DNA of 57,298 nucleotides from Parcubacteria group bacterium (GCA_028286945.1 JAQBQR010000020.1:1-57298), one strand, 5' to 3'; counted from the first letter of the stretch, positions 42,295-52,421 are shown. Numbers and translations: made by a program. The notes: generated by a model from the sequence alone, not told the origin.

Positions 42295-44094
42295 CTAACG
42301 GTCGCTATCCTGCACCATCTTCATAAAGACATCCTGAGGGATATCCATCTTTGCGTGCTCGCCGCGACGCTTCTTTCCTTTCTTCTGTTTTTCAAGGAGT
42401 TTCATCTTTCGAGTGATGTCACCGCCGTACAAGTATCCCGTCACATCTTTACGCATCGCAGAAATGGATTTTGAGGCAACAATGCGTCCAAGTGCGTGTG
42501 CCTGGATTTTAAGTACGAACATCTGCTTAGGCAGAATATTCTGGAGCTTTTCCACCATTCGCTCACCTTCCTCAACTACACGGCGCTGCGCTACCACGCG
42601 TGAGAATGCAGGCACCGGCTCTTCAGCTACAAAAATTTCAAGCTTCACCACATCTGCAGGACGCTCATCGAGGAACTCATACGCAAGAGACGCATATCCT
42701 GACGAAGCGTTTTTCACCTTATCAAAGAAGCCACGCATAAGTTCGCGAAGCGGCATCTCTACCGTTAACTCAATGCGCCCATCAAGATGTGCGTCGGTGC
42801 TTTTCACATCTCCTTCGTGATCGTGAAAGAGCTGAATCATGCCTGAAAGTGAATCAGCGGGCGTAATCAAAATAACTTTCACCCACGGCTCTTCGATCTT
42901 TAGTGTTTCGCCGAATGCTGGAAACTTTGAAGGAGTATAGATCGTTTCGCGCTTCCCTTGCTTATTTGTAACAATGTACGCGATAGTTGGAATCGTGATA
43001 ATGAGTTCTAGATTGAATTCACGTTTTAAGCGTTCTGTAACAATCTCCAGGTGGAGCATGCCGAGGAAACCGCAACGGAAACCTCGTCCGAGCATGCCGG
43101 ATGATTCTTCTTCAAACGAAAGGGACGAATCAGAGAGACGGAGACGCTCGAGGGCCTGACGGAGTTCAGTAACATCATCCTGACTCTCAGGATATACGGA
43201 CGCCCACACTACGGGACGCGGTCTGTCGAAACCTTCCAATCCTTCGGTAGAGCCCTGATTACTAATTACCGTGTCACCCACGTTCACAATTCCGGCCTCC
43301 TTTACGCCGGTTACTAAATAGCCAATTTCTCCTGCTGAAAGCGTATCTGTAGCCATTTCGTCGGGCATAAAGATACCCGTTTCAAGGGCCGTAAAGCGCT
43401 CTCCGGCGGCGGCAAAGCGAAGAACGTCCCCTTTCTTAAAGGTACCGTCAAAGACACGCATGAAGACGGTGATGCCTCGGTGGGTAGAGTATGAAAAGTC
43501 GAAGATTAGGGCGCGGGGACTACCGGAGCTTGGGCGCGGTGCTGGCACGTGATCGACAATCGCTTGAAGCAGCGTTTCAACACCTTCGCCCGTGCGTCCT
43601 GATACACGAAGCACGCTGTCGGGATCCACGCTCAGGAGTTCAGCGAGTTCAAGAGAGACGTCGTCAGGACGCGCCGCAGGCGCGTCTATCTTCGATATCA
43701 CGGGAATAATCACGCAGCCCGCGTCCTGTGCCATACGGAGCGTCGTGAGGGTCTGTGCCTGTATGCCTTGAGTGGAATCCACTAAAAGGAGCACGCCTTC
43801 CACTGCATGGAGCGAACGAGAAACCTCATATGCGAAATCAATGTGACCTGGCGTATCAATAAGATTCATGATGTATTTCTCACCATCAGCCGCTTTGAAC
43901 TCCATACGCACCGGCTGCATCTTGATGGTGATACCACGCTCGCGTTCTAAATCCATCTTATCCAAAACCTGATCACGCATCTTTCGCGCTTCAATGGTCC
44001 CGGTACGTTCAAGAAGTCGGTCCGCAAGGGTCGACTTACCGTGGTCTACATGGGCAATAATGCTGAAATTACGAATCTTGGTGGTCATGGACAT
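42295..44094 (-). CDS. lepA: Translation elongation factor 4
   Basis: IRNFSIIAHVDHGKSTLADRL (G1), DTPGHIDF and the LepA-specific C-terminal domain. Start trimmed to the ATG at 44094 or 44088. The track extension lies inside murJ. Confidence 0.95.
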   Translation of the reverse strand: MSMTTKIRNFSIIAHVDHGKSTLADRLLERTGTIEARKMRDQVLDKMDLERERGITIKMQPVRMEFKAADGEKYIMNLIDTPGHIDFAYEVSRSLHAVEGVLLLVDSTQGIQAQTLTTLRMAQDAGCVIIPVISKIDAPAARPDDVSLELAELLSVDPDSVLRVSGRTGEGVETLLQAIVDHVPAPRPSSGSPRALIFDFSYSTHRGITVFMRVFDGTFKKGDVLRFAAAGERFTALETGIFMPDEMATDTLSAGEIGYLVTGVKEAGIVNVGDTVISNQGSTEGLEGFDRPRPVVWASVYPESQDDVTELRQALERLRLSDSSLSFEEESSGMLGRGFRCGFLGMLHLEIVTERLKREFNLELIITIPTIAYIVTNKQGKRETIYTPSKFPAFGETLKIEEPWVKVILITPADSLSGMIQLFHDHEGDVKSTDAHLDGRIELTVEMPLRELMRGFFDKVKNASSGYASLAYEFLDERPADVVKLEIFVAEEPVPAFSRVVAQRRVVEEGERMVEKLQNILPKQMFVLKIQAHALGRIVASKSISAMRKDVTGYLYGGDITRKMKLLEKQKKGKKRRGEHAKMDIPQDVFMKMVQDSDR

Positions 44095-45766
44095 GTACGA
44101 AATCGAACGGCGCGAGTGCTTTGAAAGAAGTGAGTTTACGTAAGGAATCCACAAGATCCATGAATTCCTTGTTCTCAAGGAGTCGGAGCACGAAGCCAGC
44201 AACGAATATGCCCACCATACCAGCCGCAAGGCCATCTGCAAATACGGTCGGGAGCGTGGAGAGCGGTGCGATCATTCCCACGAGCCGTAATGTGCCGTAA
44301 CTAGCAGCACCTCCGAGTATCGCAGCACTCAATCCTTCCCCGAGAGGGCGAGCTAATGAACGTGCTACGCCAGGCGCCACGGTTCGAAGGGTAAGGAGCG
44401 CAATGATAAGCATAATGAACTGACCAATGGTATAGCCAAGCGCAATAAACAACACGCTTGATCCGGGGACATCAGCAACACGTAACAACGCTTCCATGAA
44501 ATACCGAAGCATGGGCCAGTGACGCGCCGCATGGATGAGTCCATATGCAGCGGCCACGGAGACTCCTGCATCACCAAGCTGCACGAAGAGAGGATTCCAC
44601 GACTTCCCTGCAGCATAAAAGGCGCGTGCGCAGAGCAATATAAGACCCTGCGCAAGAAGTGCCATAACGAGCACAGCGAGAATTGCTGCCGTAAGACGAG
44701 TATCTTCCCAGTTAAAGGCTCCTGAACCCAAAATAATACGAACGATGTGCGCACGGAGCACCATGGTGAGCACCGTAATAACGGAGGACCAGAATACGAT
44801 GTGTCGCGCCGCCACTGTAAGCGTCGCCTTAAACGCATCGAACTTCTTTGCGCCAGCCTGCTCTGCTAGTACCGGGAACGCTGCGGTGGCATACGAGGCG
44901 GCAATAAGCGAAAGCGGCACTGCCTCCAAGTTTGCAGCAAACGTGTATACCGAAACACCTCCCTCTCCGGAACGCGAGGCGAATGCAATTAAGAGGAGTG
45001 TGGTGAGCGAACTCATCGCGAGCGCTAGCGAACGAGGGAGTGAGTGTGCAAAGAGATGCACCAATTCTTTAACGCGAGGAACGGAGAGTTTGGGCATAAG
45101 TCCTGCACGTATCACCACCGGAATATGGAGCGCCACGTGCAGTACTGCACCAGCAATCACCCCAAACCCAATCCCAACCAATCCAAAGCGTGGATACAAA
45201 AGCAGCGTACCCGCGATAATTCCCAAATTGTACAGAACCGGTGAAAGCGCGAAGAGCATAAACCGTCTCTCAATCTGCGTAACACTTGAGAGCACGCTTG
45301 AAAGACCCAGCAGGATAGGCTGGATCAAAAGAATACGGGCGAGCAATACGAAGTCTGCGCTATGCCCCGACGCCATGAGTGTGGGGAATAAGAGCGTGAG
45401 GAAGGTGGGAGCAAAGATTGCGAGCACGCCACATACAACTCCCCCAAAGATGAGGAGGAATGTTGCGGCTTGAGAGATTAGCCGACGAGCGCTTTCCTTT
45501 CCTTCTTGATCAAGACGTCCAGAAATGGTCGGAATAAGCACGTACGCCGACACAAGCGAAACCACTAAGGCAAATACGAAGTCAGGCACTTTGAATGCGG
45601 CGTAGTAAATATCCAGAACCTGCCCCGCGCCGAACAAGTGCGCGAAGATACGGTCTCGAATAAGCGCTAGAAACTGGGACGCAAGCGTTAAACCTGCAAG
45701 CAGATACGCGGCCTGATGAAGGCCGCGTATCGGTGCCGTGAGGCGGGAGAGAAGGCGTCGCACCAT
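44069..45766 (-). CDS. murJ: Lipid II flippase MurJ (MviN family)
   Basis: LASQFLALIRDRIFAHLFGAGQVLDIYYAAFKVPDF and about 14 TM helices. Confidence 0.88.
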   Translation of the reverse strand: MVRRLLSRLTAPIRGLHQAAYLLAGLTLASQFLALIRDRIFAHLFGAGQVLDIYYAAFKVPDFVFALVVSLVSAYVLIPTISGRLDQEGKESARRLISQAATFLLIFGGVVCGVLAIFAPTFLTLLFPTLMASGHSADFVLLARILLIQPILLGLSSVLSSVTQIERRFMLFALSPVLYNLGIIAGTLLLYPRFGLVGIGFGVIAGAVLHVALHIPVVIRAGLMPKLSVPRVKELVHLFAHSLPRSLALAMSSLTTLLLIAFASRSGEGGVSVYTFAANLEAVPLSLIAASYATAAFPVLAEQAGAKKFDAFKATLTVAARHIVFWSSVITVLTMVLRAHIVRIILGSGAFNWEDTRLTAAILAVLVMALLAQGLILLCARAFYAAGKSWNPLFVQLGDAGVSVAAAYGLIHAARHWPMLRYFMEALLRVADVPGSSVLFIALGYTIGQFIMLIIALLTLRTVAPGVARSLARPLGEGLSAAILGGAASYGTLRLVGMIAPLSTLPTVFADGLAAGMVGIFVAGFVLRLLENKEFMDLVDSLRKLTSFKALAPFDFVHVHDHQDS

Positions 45767-45830
45767 ATCCCTCTATTCTACCCCATCGAAGGTATTCTGC
45801 TGTACGCCCAAGGAATCCTGTGCGGATTAC

Positions 45831-48263
45831 CTACTTCGTCACTGCTGAACCAGCGGGCTTTCCTGAGGGATCACTTACGGTGGTCTGAGGAATACCAAGC
45901 TGACCCTGGCGAGCTGGAGGGAATGGGTTCTTTCCTGCCTTCAGAGTTGCAATGTCAGCCGCAACGGCCTTTGCATTGTCTGCTGAAAGATTAGAGATAG
46001 CATTCAATTGATCCAGTGCCTGAGCGAACTGTCCTTTGGTTGCAAAGGCCACTGCCAAGAAGAAGCGGGCATTTGCATACTGAGTATTCTGCTGGACGGC
46101 TGCCGTAAGCGCCTGGATTGCACCATCTGTGTTTCCTGTTCCAAGGCGGAGGATACCAACCTGGAAGAGAACGTTCTGATCATTTGGTGCAAAGTAGAGC
46201 GCTGCTTCTGCTGCCTGAAGCGCATCCTTTGCCTTACCTTCCTGAACCTGGAGCTGAGAAAGAAGAAGCGTTGCCTGCGTGTAGTCACGTTTGAGACCAA
46301 TGGCATTCGTCAAATCTGTTTCAGCGGCAGGTCCATTACCCTGCGCAATTTCAAGCTGTGCAAGAGCGAACGGGAGGGTTGGATTCGTTGGGTTAAGCGC
46401 AATGGCTTTTGTATACGCTGCTTTCGCATTGTCGTACGCACCCTGAATCTTAAGCGGCACCACTGCCTGATACACGTTTCCAAGCACTACCCAGTTACGA
46501 TAGTTGTTTGGCGCAATCTGCGTTGCAAGCGTTGCGGCCTGAATACCGGTTGAGAGTGCTGCCTGGAACTGCTGCTGAGCCTGTGACGGCGTTAGCTTCG
46601 TGTTGTTCGCAATGGTCTGCATCTGAGAGATGCTTGCCGCTGCAGCAAGCTGATACGCACGGTCAGACGGAGCGAATAAGAGCGAACGGTTAATGTCCGC
46701 TGATCCCTTCTCCAAGTTACCGGCATTCAAGTCTTGAACCGCTTGAGCGTAGGCAACGCTACCAAGGTATCGTTCAACCACCACATATGCCGCTACCACT
46801 GAGGCAAGGAGCAAGAGGGTGAGACCGAATACGATAACAAAGCCAACGCGCGGATTGCGGCTGAAGATAATTCCCCATTCACGACGGCTTCCTCCATAGC
46901 GGAGTGACGATACGAAGAGACCGGCCAAGAAGAACCCTGCGAGGAGTACCACGGGACCTGGGTTTGTACCAAGCGCGAGAACGAAGATATAACTTGCGCC
47001 AACGAATGACGCGATAGAAACGAATCGTGCATATGCCTCTTCAGGAGCACGGAAGAGCAAGGCACGAATGCCAATGTAGAAGAACAGACTAAGGAATGCG
47101 AGCCATGCGAGTAGGCCGACGATACCGGTGGTAATTGCTGACGTTGGAATAACGCCAATACCTGAGGTGAAGTCCACATTCCAGAAGACCGTGTCATTCA
47201 ATGAACGATCACGGAACGTAAGCCATTGAGAACCGAAGGTACCGGGACCTGATCCGAAGATTGGTGCCGATGCATAGGTGTGACTACCAACGGCAAAGGT
47301 TGACTGTACCGAAGGACGAACATCGAGATAATTCGTACCCAGTGCATTTACGAGTGATGCGCCAATGGTGCCTCCTCCAATAATGAAGAAGAGCGACACC
47401 ACGAGCACTACGAGTGGGCCGGCTAGATTCTTTGTTTCTGGACCGTGCAAAGGTTCAGCATCGAGAGACACTTCTGATACTCCGTCAAAATCTTCGTCGG
47501 CGGCCATAGGAGCGCGTCGCATAATGGCTTCAATGAAGAGGCCGAGTGCGGTTAGCGCCACAAGTGCCCAAATGAACGCTGAGTTCACAAGCGCAAGGAC
47601 GATGAGACTCATTGCTCCCGTGATCCACACAAAACGTTTTGTGCGAGTCTGAAGCGGGAGGAAACGAATCGCAAGGAGTGAGATGGTAACTCCAAGACCG
47701 GCAAGCATGCCGAGATCAGAGAACGTGCCCACTACGTTTGCGGTTGGTGAGAACTTTGCGCTAGCAACGTGACCCAAGATGAGGAAGACAACCTGCGCAG
47801 CCAAAATGATGGCGTACACAATGCTTGCTACCTTAAAGAAGATTCGGTACTGCGCAGAGCGTCGGAACGTAAGCGCTACGATAGACGCAAACGCGGCAAG
47901 CAAGATCATGAAGCCGAGCGTGTCGGTTTCGAGTTCTGTACCCAAGAGACCTGCGCGGAAACCTCCACCCGAAAAGAGAGTCGAGAGAAGATACGCTGCA
48001 GGCACTAGCCAGAACGCTCCAAGGAGCGCTGCAGGAGGAACGATAATATTCCCGCGCGTAAGGCGCGCGAGGATATATAGCGCAAGCGCAATGATGCCGC
48101 CAATGGCGACGATTGATACTTTGCTATATATGAACGGGATCGTCGCTGACGGTATAAATGCCAGCGCCGCGACAGCACCGGTGAGAACCAAGGCCCACAC
48201 CGCAAGCGTATCGAACGTTACGCGTCGAGGGTTCGACGCAGAGGGGACGGTTTGTATGTCCAT
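45831..48263 (-). CDS. Large membrane protein: O-antigen ligase/Wzy_C-like polytopic domain fused to C-terminal TPR repeats
   Basis: About 12 TM helices in the N-terminal 500 aa. These are followed by about 6 TPR-like repeats (e.g. AKAAYTKAIALNPTNP, TNAIGLKRDY, LQAAEAALYFAPND and LTAAVQQNTQYANA). Confidence 0.65.
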   Translation of the reverse strand: MDIQTVPSASNPRRVTFDTLAVWALVLTGAVAALAFIPSATIPFIYSKVSIVAIGGIIALALYILARLTRGNIIVPPAALLGAFWLVPAAYLLSTLFSGGGFRAGLLGTELETDTLGFMILLAAFASIVALTFRRSAQYRIFFKVASIVYAIILAAQVVFLILGHVASAKFSPTANVVGTFSDLGMLAGLGVTISLLAIRFLPLQTRTKRFVWITGAMSLIVLALVNSAFIWALVALTALGLFIEAIMRRAPMAADEDFDGVSEVSLDAEPLHGPETKNLAGPLVVLVVSLFFIIGGGTIGASLVNALGTNYLDVRPSVQSTFAVGSHTYASAPIFGSGPGTFGSQWLTFRDRSLNDTVFWNVDFTSGIGVIPTSAITTGIVGLLAWLAFLSLFFYIGIRALLFRAPEEAYARFVSIASFVGASYIFVLALGTNPGPVVLLAGFFLAGLFVSSLRYGGSRREWGIIFSRNPRVGFVIVFGLTLLLLASVVAAYVVVERYLGSVAYAQAVQDLNAGNLEKGSADINRSLLFAPSDRAYQLAAAASISQMQTIANNTKLTPSQAQQQFQAALSTGIQAATLATQIAPNNYRNWVVLGNVYQAVVPLKIQGAYDNAKAAYTKAIALNPTNPTLPFALAQLEIAQGNGPAAETDLTNAIGLKRDYTQATLLLSQLQVQEGKAKDALQAAEAALYFAPNDQNVLFQVGILRLGTGNTDGAIQALTAAVQQNTQYANARFFLAVAFATKGQFAQALDQLNAISNLSADNAKAVAADIATLKAGKNPFPPARQGQLGIPQTTVSDPSGKPAGSAVTK

Positions 48264-48441
48264 ATTTTTTACTCCGTGATTACGGGATTAACCCTTATAC
48301 GCGATGGATTTTTGGCGCTACTTATTTTCGCAACCAAGCCCTATCTACGTAGTGACTATTAAGAACGCACCTTATAAGTATACGGTGGAGGCGGTAGTAA
48401 AATGGACGTACTGAGTAGGAAACGGGGATATATAAAGGAGT

Positions 48442-48479
48442 AAATGAGAAAACCTCGCGTGAGCGAGGTTTTCTCATTT
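48442..48479 (-). terminator. Intrinsic terminator just downstream of rnpB
   Basis: aaatgagaaaacctcgc-gtga-gcgaggttttctcattt. Confidence 0.75.
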
Positions 48480-48483
48480 AGTT

Positions 48484-48851
48484 GACCGGTACGATAAGCC
48501 GAATTCTGTCCGGACCGTTCCTAAGAACTATCCGTGACGATCATCTATCTGGGCCGGCAGTTACCTGCCGGCTCGAGCGGCGCTCACCAATACTGCATTG
48601 CTGCAGAATTGGAGCACGGCCTTGCACAGAAGTAAGGATTTAGCCGTTTCAGCCTGACGTCACCGTCAGGACATTCTCTGACCGAAGCCAGAGAATACCT
48701 AGCCTTTCAGCATTGGTCGTTTCTGTTCGCACCTCGCAGGTCACCCTGGACGGGAATTACCCGCTACCCTGCTGCTAAAAGCGAGCCTTTAGCCTGTGTT
48801 CGGACTTTCCTCTCCAGGACTGAAGTCCCGGAGCGACCGTCTGTACCGGTC
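48484..48851 (-). ncRNA. rnpB: RNase P RNA, bacterial type A
   Basis: The reverse complement carries the universal P4 strands GGAGAGGAAAGUCCGAACAC (48801-48820) and ACAGAAUUCGGCUUAU (about 48495-48510). It also has GUGCGAACAGAAACGACC. The P1 helix is formed by gaccggtac (48484-48492) pairing with gtaccggtc (48843-48851). Confidence 0.9.
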
Positions 48852-48863
48852 TTTCACATTATA

Positions 48864-48898
48864 CCACAGAACCCGCTACTTGGTAGCGGGTTCTGTGG
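48864..48898. terminator. Perfect 15-bp hairpin between nrdJ and rnpB
   Basis: ccacagaacccgcta-cttgg-tagcgggttctgtgg. Confidence 0.55.
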
Positions 48899-48907
48899 TT
48901 GTTGGTG

Positions 48908-48990
48908 AAGGCTAAACGAATAGCTCGAGGACGTGTGAGCCGTGCAGGCCTCGAGGCGAAACACGCCCGCAGAGACTATTCGTTAGCCTT
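48908..48990 (-). other. About 83-nt multi-helix structured element starting at the nrdJ stop codon
   Basis: Outer stem aaggctaaacgaatag / ctattcgttagcctt (one bulged A). It encloses two inner hairpins: ctcgagg...cctcgag and ggcg-aaaca-cgcc. Confidence 0.5.
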
Positions 48991-51383
48991 TAGAAGATTT
49001 CGCACGTACCTGCGACGCAGGCCAATTCCTTCTTGAGCTCAGTCTCATCAGATCGTTCGTACTGCATGAGCTTTGCGTAATCCACCACAGGGAACGACTT
49101 TGCACGACGCTCATATTCCTCCTTTGATATTGCTTCGTATGGAGCAAGACGGTACGCATGGTTATCGCGAGGAAGGAATGAAAGTCCTCCAACCATTTCC
49201 CAGTTTTCATATACCCAGTTAGCAACTTGGATCCATTCATCATCACCCACCGAAACCGTTACTGATGGGTTGTGCTCGGTGAAGTTCTCTTTCACAAGCT
49301 TCCAGTGAGCGAGCTGATCGAGGGCGGTCACGTCATCTTTACATACTGCACCTTCAGGAGCCTTTACCGGAAATTCCAGCACATACGTATTCGCCGAGTC
49401 TACGTCCTGACCCACTTCTGGGTAGTACGGCACGCCGGCGTCACGCATAAACTTGAAGAGTGAATCGGTTGCGCTGATGCGGATACGGCGAATGTAGAAC
49501 GGTGAATGACGGGCGTGCATACCACTTGCTACGTCGAAGGTCTGAGAAACGGTACCTGAAGGCTTCACACACGTGATTGCCATTGAAGCATTGATGCCGA
49601 ACCTCTCTGCATACTTCTTATTTATCTTGATTGTTTCGGCACGCATTGAATCAAGAACGTCAGCGTTTCGAACTGCCTTAGAATCCCACTGTCCGGTGAT
49701 TGAAACACCAAGAAGACGCTCTGCCTCACAGTTCTCTGTCCACTCCTTAGAAAGGTAGCTGAGGTTAGTAAGAGTCGACTGGTACGTTCCGAGGATGGTA
49801 GCGAGTCGCGCTTTACGCATTAGGGATTCCTTAGTGTCGTCAGCACGAGCAATGACCTCTGTAAGGTTACAGAACTGCTTTGACTTAAGGATGATTTCGC
49901 CGCAAGGATTAGTTCCTGACGGACCAATTACCTTGTCATTCTTTATGTATCCGCTCTCTTCCCAGAATTTAATGCGACGTGCAGGAAGCTGCTTCATAAG
50001 ACCACCGCGGTTAAAGATGCCGCGCTCTCCGGTACGACTCTTCATAAGTGATACCCACTCATCCATGAACTCCTCGTTCGATGGCTTTACCAAATATACG
50101 GCTGAGTTGTTTGCAATGGAGCGATGCGGATCACTCATCCAGAACTGACCCTTCTTTGCGTCGCGAACTTCCGTGTCATCAAGATCTGAAAGGGAAATCA
50201 TGGCGCTGCGGCGGACACCACCAGCAACCACACATTCACCGATCTTACAGATCATGTCGTGCACATCAATGTTGCGAAGACGACGTCCCTGACGGGCGAA
50301 GATGCGTTCACGTGAGAAGGCAAGAAGGCTGCGAAGAGGTTCAGGGCCTGAAGCCTTTCCACCCATTGTCTTCAAACGTGCACCGGCAGGACGAATCTGT
50401 GAAAGATCGAAATCAATATCCTTTCCTGCAAACCACGTCTGGAGACCAAGTGTAAGTGCATCGCACCACCCTTCCTTTGAGTCACCGACCATGTGTGTCT
50501 CCACCTTCTCGTTAGTCTGAAATGCAATCTGGGGAAGCTGCTGCACCGTTGCACTTTCTACGGAGTAGCCAACGCCGGTACCTTGCATTGAGATGTACAT
50601 GATCTCTGCGAAATCACGGAGCTTAGTGGGAGCGATGAATGAACAGTTGTACGCAGGAACGTTACAACGCTCAACTGCTTCGCCAGCGAACTGCATGAGA
50701 CGCATGGACGGCATGATCTGCTGATTGAGGATCGCTTCGCGAATTTCAAGGTACTCCTTGCGCGTAAGCTTATCGCCCAGATTCTTGTGCATGAAATTTA
50801 TGTAGCGGTTGACGGTCTCAACCCAGGTCTCACGACGACCCTGTTCCGGAATCCACTTCGAGTAGCTGCGAAGATAGACGAATTCACCGAGTGCGTTGCC
50901 TTTGAAATACCCCTTACTCTCATCTGCAATAGCGCGAAATTCCGCAGGAATTTCGATTGCTTCTGAACGGAGCTGGTTGCGCTTATCGCGATAAAGAATG
51001 TATGCCTTCGCCGTAGCGGTGAAGTCGTTGAGCATGAGCTGCTTTTCAACCGCGTCCTGAATACCCTCAACCGTTGGGAGGAAGTTCTTATACTTCTTTG
51101 CAAATCGTGCCAACTCTCCTGCCACCTGGTGCGCAACAAGGATTGCGTCATCAAGACCTCCCTCATTCGCAGCCAACATGGACTTCTCAACCACGCTTAC
51201 GATTTTCTCAAACGAGAATGGAACAATGCGTCCATCACGCTTTTCCATCTGAGGAATGAGTTCTCGATATCGTTTCGTCTCTCGACTCTCTGGTGCTTTC
51301 TCTACAGCAACCGCAGCAACTGCAGGCGCAACAGACTTAGTAATTTTCTTCGCGCGCACCGGTGCTTTTGCAGATTTTGCCAT
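48990..51383 (-). CDS. nrdJ: Adenosylcobalamin-dependent (class II) ribonucleotide reductase with an N-terminal ATP-cone
   Basis: ATP-cone-like KRDGRIVPFSFEKIVSVVEKSM, catalytic GTNPCGEIIL and a C-terminal redox pair in CVAGTCEIF. 797 aa. Confidence 0.85.
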   Translation of the reverse strand: MAKSAKAPVRAKKITKSVAPAVAAVAVEKAPESRETKRYRELIPQMEKRDGRIVPFSFEKIVSVVEKSMLAANEGGLDDAILVAHQVAGELARFAKKYKNFLPTVEGIQDAVEKQLMLNDFTATAKAYILYRDKRNQLRSEAIEIPAEFRAIADESKGYFKGNALGEFVYLRSYSKWIPEQGRRETWVETVNRYINFMHKNLGDKLTRKEYLEIREAILNQQIMPSMRLMQFAGEAVERCNVPAYNCSFIAPTKLRDFAEIMYISMQGTGVGYSVESATVQQLPQIAFQTNEKVETHMVGDSKEGWCDALTLGLQTWFAGKDIDFDLSQIRPAGARLKTMGGKASGPEPLRSLLAFSRERIFARQGRRLRNIDVHDMICKIGECVVAGGVRRSAMISLSDLDDTEVRDAKKGQFWMSDPHRSIANNSAVYLVKPSNEEFMDEWVSLMKSRTGERGIFNRGGLMKQLPARRIKFWEESGYIKNDKVIGPSGTNPCGEIILKSKQFCNLTEVIARADDTKESLMRKARLATILGTYQSTLTNLSYLSKEWTENCEAERLLGVSITGQWDSKAVRNADVLDSMRAETIKINKKYAERFGINASMAITCVKPSGTVSQTFDVASGMHARHSPFYIRRIRISATDSLFKFMRDAGVPYYPEVGQDVDSANTYVLEFPVKAPEGAVCKDDVTALDQLAHWKLVKENFTEHNPSVTVSVGDDEWIQVANWVYENWEMVGGLSFLPRDNHAYRLAPYEAISKEEYERRAKSFPVVDYAKLMQYERSDETELKKELACVAGTCEIF

Positions 51384-51527
51384 GAGGTAAGAGGTTAGGA
51401 TAATTGGCGTCGACGAAAGAGAACGTGCATGTGTTTTCTATGAAATGCTTTGATTTGAAATCGACGTTCGTCCATTGTACCTGTCTTCATCTTCGCCACC
51501 TATGTGGACAAAGGTCAGCAGAAAACA

Positions 51528-52037
51528 TTACGCACCGTAGGGCAAGGGGAGTGGGATTTTTGTTCCAACTTCCCATCCGCGTCTGCGCATTTCACCGGCC
51601 TTTGTCTCTAGGACATACTTCACTGGCTTTGGTGGATACACGGAATTCGGATACGTGTTTGGAGAAATACTGTCCTCAATACCAAGCACCGTGCCGTTGT
51701 CCGAAAGCCATACAATGTCGATGGATACCTGCATATCTTTCATCCAAAACCCGACATTAAAATCCTGAGCGAAAACGAATAGCATTCCGTAGTTCTCAGG
51801 AATGACCGTGCGACCGCCAAGTCCGCGCTCTTGAGCAGCGTCCGTGGTAACTACTTCAAAATGCATGGGCTGAATAGGGTCAGAGACCAAAGGAGATGTA
51901 CTTGAAACCGAAAGAGTGCCCGACTTTCCGGTTGTATAGGACAAACTTTGTGCGCCTGGGGTAAGGAAAACAAGAAGCGCGATTATAACGGACACTGCGA
52001 GTAAGGTGTAAAGGACATGATGTCTTTTAAGATTCAT
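51528..52037 (-). CDS. DUF192 (COG1430) family protein with a signal anchor
   Basis: ERGLGGRTVIPENYGMLFVFAQ...FWMKDMQVSIDIVWL...VKYVLETKAGE. Confidence 0.7.
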   Translation of the reverse strand: MNLKRHHVLYTLLAVSVIIALLVFLTPGAQSLSYTTGKSGTLSVSSTSPLVSDPIQPMHFEVVTTDAAQERGLGGRTVIPENYGMLFVFAQDFNVGFWMKDMQVSIDIVWLSDNGTVLGIEDSISPNTYPNSVYPPKPVKYVLETKAGEMRRRGWEVGTKIPLPLPYGA

Positions 52038-52082
52038 ACGTAGATGGTTGGCTGATGGTATAACCCTTAGTATACTATCTGC

Positions 52083-52421
52083 ATGACTTCCCTTGCTGAT
52101 TTTTCAAATACGTTTTCAGACTCTGTACGAAAAGTTGTTGCCGGCATCCCCACTGGAAAGGTGGCCACATACGGCCAGGTCGCCGAACTTGCTGGGCGCC
52201 CTCGTGCTGCACGTGCCGTGGGTATGGTTATGCGGACTAACAAAGATACGAAAGCGGTGCCTTGTCACCGCGTTGTGGGATCAAATGGCGCGTTAACCGG
52301 ATACGCGTATGGCAGCGGTGTTACCACCAAAAAGCAGATGCTTCAAAAAGAAGGTGTCGCCTTCCGCGGTGAACGCGCAGACCTTGCGGTCTCTCAGTGG
52401 CAGCCAAAAATACAGAAGTAG
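52083..52421 (+). CDS. ogt: Methylated-DNA--protein-cysteine methyltransferase, single-domain form
   Basis: GKVATYGQVAELAGRPRAARAVG (helix-turn-helix) and the active site VPCHRVV. 112 aa. The last 35 nt are duplicated at 54387-54422. Confidence 0.8.
   Translation: MTSLADFSNTFSDSVRKVVAGIPTGKVATYGQVAELAGRPRAARAVGMVMRTNKDTKAVPCHRVVGSNGALTGYAYGSGVTTKKQMLQKEGVAFRGERADLAVSQWQPKIQK
52387..52421 (+). repeat. Direct repeat, copy 1 (the present 3-prime end of ogt)
   Basis: cggtctctcagtggcagccaaaaatacagaagtag. Copy 2 differs by one extra A and one A-to-G change. Confidence 0.9.

Noticed and set aside
44095-44241. A 49-residue N-terminal extension of lepA.
   Set aside because: It lies inside the murJ coding region. 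The canonical LepA N-terminus (MTTKIRNFSIIAHVDHGKST) begins at 44088/44094.
48484-48851. I first considered this long ORF-free structured region to be a riboswitch or tmRNA.
   Set aside because: The conserved GGAGAGGAAAGUCCG and ACAGAAUUCGGCUUA strands identify it as RNase P RNA on the minus strand.
51384-51527. I looked for a cobalamin riboswitch or NrdR box upstream of nrdJ.
   Set aside because: I found no B12-box-like core or 16-bp NrdR-type palindrome. The ccacc-tat-gtgg motif near 51496-51507 pairs only 4 bp per arm, which is trivial.
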